Assembly (NCBI GenBank): GCA_035650735.1
Contig: DASRGZ010000173.1
Location: 54,615 to 74,614 of the forward strand
Length of the DNA stretch: 20,000 nt
From: Chthonomonadaceae bacterium
Lineage (GTDB): Bacteria > Armatimonadota > Chthonomonadetes > Chthonomonadales > Chthonomonadaceae
Direction of reading: 5' to 3'
The notes beneath the pieces were generated by a model. The model was not told the DNA's origin, searched no databases, and saw only the letters and a list, made by a program, of their open reading frames with translations. Positions within the stretch are counted from its first letter, which is position 1; each line of letters begins with the position of its first letter. A program made the translations under genes and the position numbers. Of this stretch, positions 17,899-20,000 are shown piece after piece.

Positions 17899-17901
17899 AA
17901 A

Positions 17902-18129
17902 CTATGGGGTAGAAGAGGGAGCGTTGCCGGGCTGGTTGCCGAAGGGTGGTCCACCTCGCTGCACTCCTGGCGGTGGTCCCGTCGGCGGACCCGGTCGTTT
18001 AAAGACGGTCGTGCTATCCACAACGCGGTTGGAGGGGGTCATAAAGTGCCGGTAGGCCAGTACGATGATAACCACCGCCACGACGACGATGATGGCAATG
18101 GCCGCTGCTGGGCTAATCTTTTGCTGCAT
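17902..18129 (-). CDS. Small single-TM protein (MQQKIS type), paralog of 10244-10483
   Basis: MQQKISPAAAIAIIVVVAVVIIVLAYRHF plus a Pro/Gly tail; GGAAAGG RBS before ATG 18129. Confidence 0.85.
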   Translation of the reverse strand: MQQKISPAAAIAIIVVVAVVIIVLAYRHFMTPSNRVVDSTTVFKRPGPPTGPPPGVQRGGPPFGNQPGNAPSSTP

Positions 18130-18240
18130 CCTACAACTACCTTTCCGTATAAAATGGCATTCTCTATCAGAGCGCAAGCGTTCCTCTCTGCCTGCGGCCC
18201 TTTTCAGGGCGCGCGGACGGGAACGGATCGCCCGGCCCTG

Positions 18241-19797
18241 TTACTTTTTCGTCCCCGTGGTAAAGGTCTCGATCTTCTGGGCGCGGATGGCAGGATCATC
18301 CTGATGCTGCGCCGCGAACTGCCGTAGGCGGGTGATCAGCACCGGAGAGCGCTGCGGCTCCAGGCGGATCGCCTGGTTGTACTCGTCCGCCGCCTCTTTG
18401 AGCCGACGCATCTGCAGCAGGGCGTTGCCCAACTCCTCGTGAGCATCCGGGCTGCGGCGGGCCAGCTCGACTGCGCGCAGCGCCAGCGGCAGCGCCAGGT
18501 ACGCATGGCCGCCCTGCGTCAGGTCGCGCGAGGCGGCGATCAGCACGGGCGGCGCGTCCAGCGCCTTGTGCATGGCCATCGAGTAGTTATGCACGCAGCC
18601 GTCGGCGTCGCCGTGCCGGCCTAGCCAGCGCGCCAGCCGCATCTTGCGGGCCGGGTCGTTGGGATCTACCGTCACATCCTGGAGCAGCTTGCTGCGTTCG
18701 GAGGTCAGGTTCTGCCGCAGGAGATATTCTCGTTCCCAGGTCTTGAACTCGTCCGTATGGCCCAGGGCGCGGTGGATCTGCATCAGCGTCAGCGCCGGCG
18801 CCGGGTCGTCCGGGGCCAGTTGGGCGGCGCGGGTGAGCGGTTCGATGGCCCCGACGCGGTCGCCGTTATAGTTGCGCGCGCGCCCCAGAATCAGGTAAGA
18901 GGCCGAATCACCGATGCCGAGCGCAATGGCCTGCTGCGCCTGCTGCGCCGCCAGGCTCCGGTCGGCGGGCGTTTTGGCGGTATCCAGCAGCCAGCGGGCG
19001 TACTCCTGGTGCGCCACGGCATGGCGCGGGGCCAGGGCCAGCGTCTTCTCAAACTCGGCGCGGGTCAGCGCGGGCGGTTGATTGGTGCGGGCGCACAGGG
19101 AAGCAAAAGCCAGGTGCGCCTCCGCGCTCTGTGGGTTGAGCGCTACGGCATGGGAAGCCGCCTGCCAGGCTTTTGCCAGGTCGCGCAGGCTATCCTCCGC
19201 CCCGGCCAGATAGAGATACGCCGCGGCGTAGTCGGGTTTGAGGGCGACGGCACGGGTAAACTCTTCGCTGGCCCGCTCCATCGAGCGCTGCGTATAGTAG
19301 AACTTGCCCAGGATGTAATGGGCCTCGGCTAGATCCGGGTGCCGTCCGGCGAACTCGCGCAGCTCGCCGAAGGCCGCCGTCGTGTTGCCGCTGCCGAGTA
19401 AGGCGCGCGCCCACTCGTCCCGCAGGCGCGGCGTGTCCGGGTCCAGCCCGACGGCTTGCCGCAGATACCCGTCCGCCTCCGCAAAGCGCTTCTGCTGATT
19501 GAGGCGCAGGCCGATATAGTAGAGCAGTCGGGAGCTTTCCCCACGATCCTGGAGCTCCTGCTTCAATTCAGACAAGGACATCCGGGAAAGCCGCCAGTCC
19601 TGGTAAGTCCCGCTTTGGAGCGTCAGGGAAGCGCCGACAGCGAGCACCGCCGCCAGGCAGATCAGCGCGGCAAAGCGCGGGGAGATCCGGCGGCGCGGCG
19701 CGGGGGCACTGGCGCTTTGGGTAGGAGCAGAGGCAGCGGACGCTGCCTCTCGCGTGTGGAACATCATAGGGTTACGTGCTTTTGGGCCTCTCTCCAC
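18241..19797 (-). CDS. Membrane-anchored TPR protein
   Basis: TM FAALICLAAVLAVGASL followed by many TPRs (AEAHYILGKFYY...FTRAVALKPDYAAAYLYLA). Start is 19797 (GTG) or 19767 (ATG). Confidence 0.85.
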   Translation of the reverse strand: MERGPKARNPMMFHTREAASAASAPTQSASAPAPRRRISPRFAALICLAAVLAVGASLTLQSGTYQDWRLSRMSLSELKQELQDRGESSRLLYYIGLRLNQQKRFAEADGYLRQAVGLDPDTPRLRDEWARALLGSGNTTAAFGELREFAGRHPDLAEAHYILGKFYYTQRSMERASEEFTRAVALKPDYAAAYLYLAGAEDSLRDLAKAWQAASHAVALNPQSAEAHLAFASLCARTNQPPALTRAEFEKTLALAPRHAVAHQEYARWLLDTAKTPADRSLAAQQAQQAIALGIGDSASYLILGRARNYNGDRVGAIEPLTRAAQLAPDDPAPALTLMQIHRALGHTDEFKTWEREYLLRQNLTSERSKLLQDVTVDPNDPARKMRLARWLGRHGDADGCVHNYSMAMHKALDAPPVLIAASRDLTQGGHAYLALPLALRAVELARRSPDAHEELGNALLQMRRLKEAADEYNQAIRLEPQRSPVLITRLRQFAAQHQDDPAIRAQKIETFTTGTKK

Positions 19798-19841
19798 AAG
19801 CGTTCTGCCAGGGTAGGCATATCTGCCTGTGGGGAGAGGCC
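19785..19841 (-). other. Intergenic stem-loop after the second H-X9-DG gene
   Basis: ggcctctctccacaag (19785-19800) and cctgtggggagaggcc (19826-19841): 14/16 complementary. Confidence 0.55.
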
Positions 19842-19866
19842 ATTAACTGCCGCGCAGACGCAGGCG

Positions 19867-20000
19867 TTACGGATGGTTGGACATCAGGTCTTCCGGGGAG
19901 CCCTGCTTGGCATTCATGAACGAAGGCGAGAGCGATTTGACATGCCCGTCAAAGAAGGCGGCGTTGAGGCGGCCGGAGTGGCGCGGGAAGGGACGCCGGG
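19867..20000 (-). CDS. C-terminus of a second H-X9-DG (DUF1559-type) protein, truncated by the window edge
   Basis: Manual translation from 19998: RRPFPRHSGRLNAAFFDGHVKSLSPSFMNAKQGSPEDLMSNHP*. Not in the ORF track. Confidence 0.88.
   Translation of the reverse strand, partial: RRPFPRHSGRLNAAFFDGHVKSLSPSFMNAKQGSPEDLMSNHP

Noticed and set aside
17692..18327. 211-aa plus-strand ORF as a transposase for the repeats
   Set aside because: No HUH/Y1 or DDE motifs; it runs through the repeats and antisense to real genes.

Overview
GC-rich bacterial DNA; gene content suggests Armatimonadota or a PVC-like lineage (inference). 1-3149 (+): a hypothetical gene, an APH(9)-like phosphotransferase, a P-loop kinase and an LptA/OstA-like protein. 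3310-14979 (-): a carbohydrate-utilisation-like cluster, in transcription order PhyH dioxygenase, D-2-hydroxyacid dehydrogenase, LacI regulator, DUF1559/H-X9-DG prepilin-like protein, small 'MKQKIS' single-TM protein, two membrane-anchored TPR proteins, MDR dehydrogenase, DUF6785-like polytopic membrane protein and a Zn-MDR dehydrogenase. A secreted GH141-like beta-helix gene is divergent (15249-17402 +). A second copy of the module (H-X9-DG protein C-terminus missed by the ORF track, TPR protein, 'MQQKIS' paralog) lies at the right end. Two sigma70-like promoters carry an identical 14-bp LacI-type operator at the same position. Two clusters of REP-like palindromic units with compensatory stem changes lie between convergent genes. 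Best candidate for an undescribed system: the recurring pilin-like + small TM + TPR module among sugar catabolism genes, possibly a SusC/D-independent glycan capture and uptake system.
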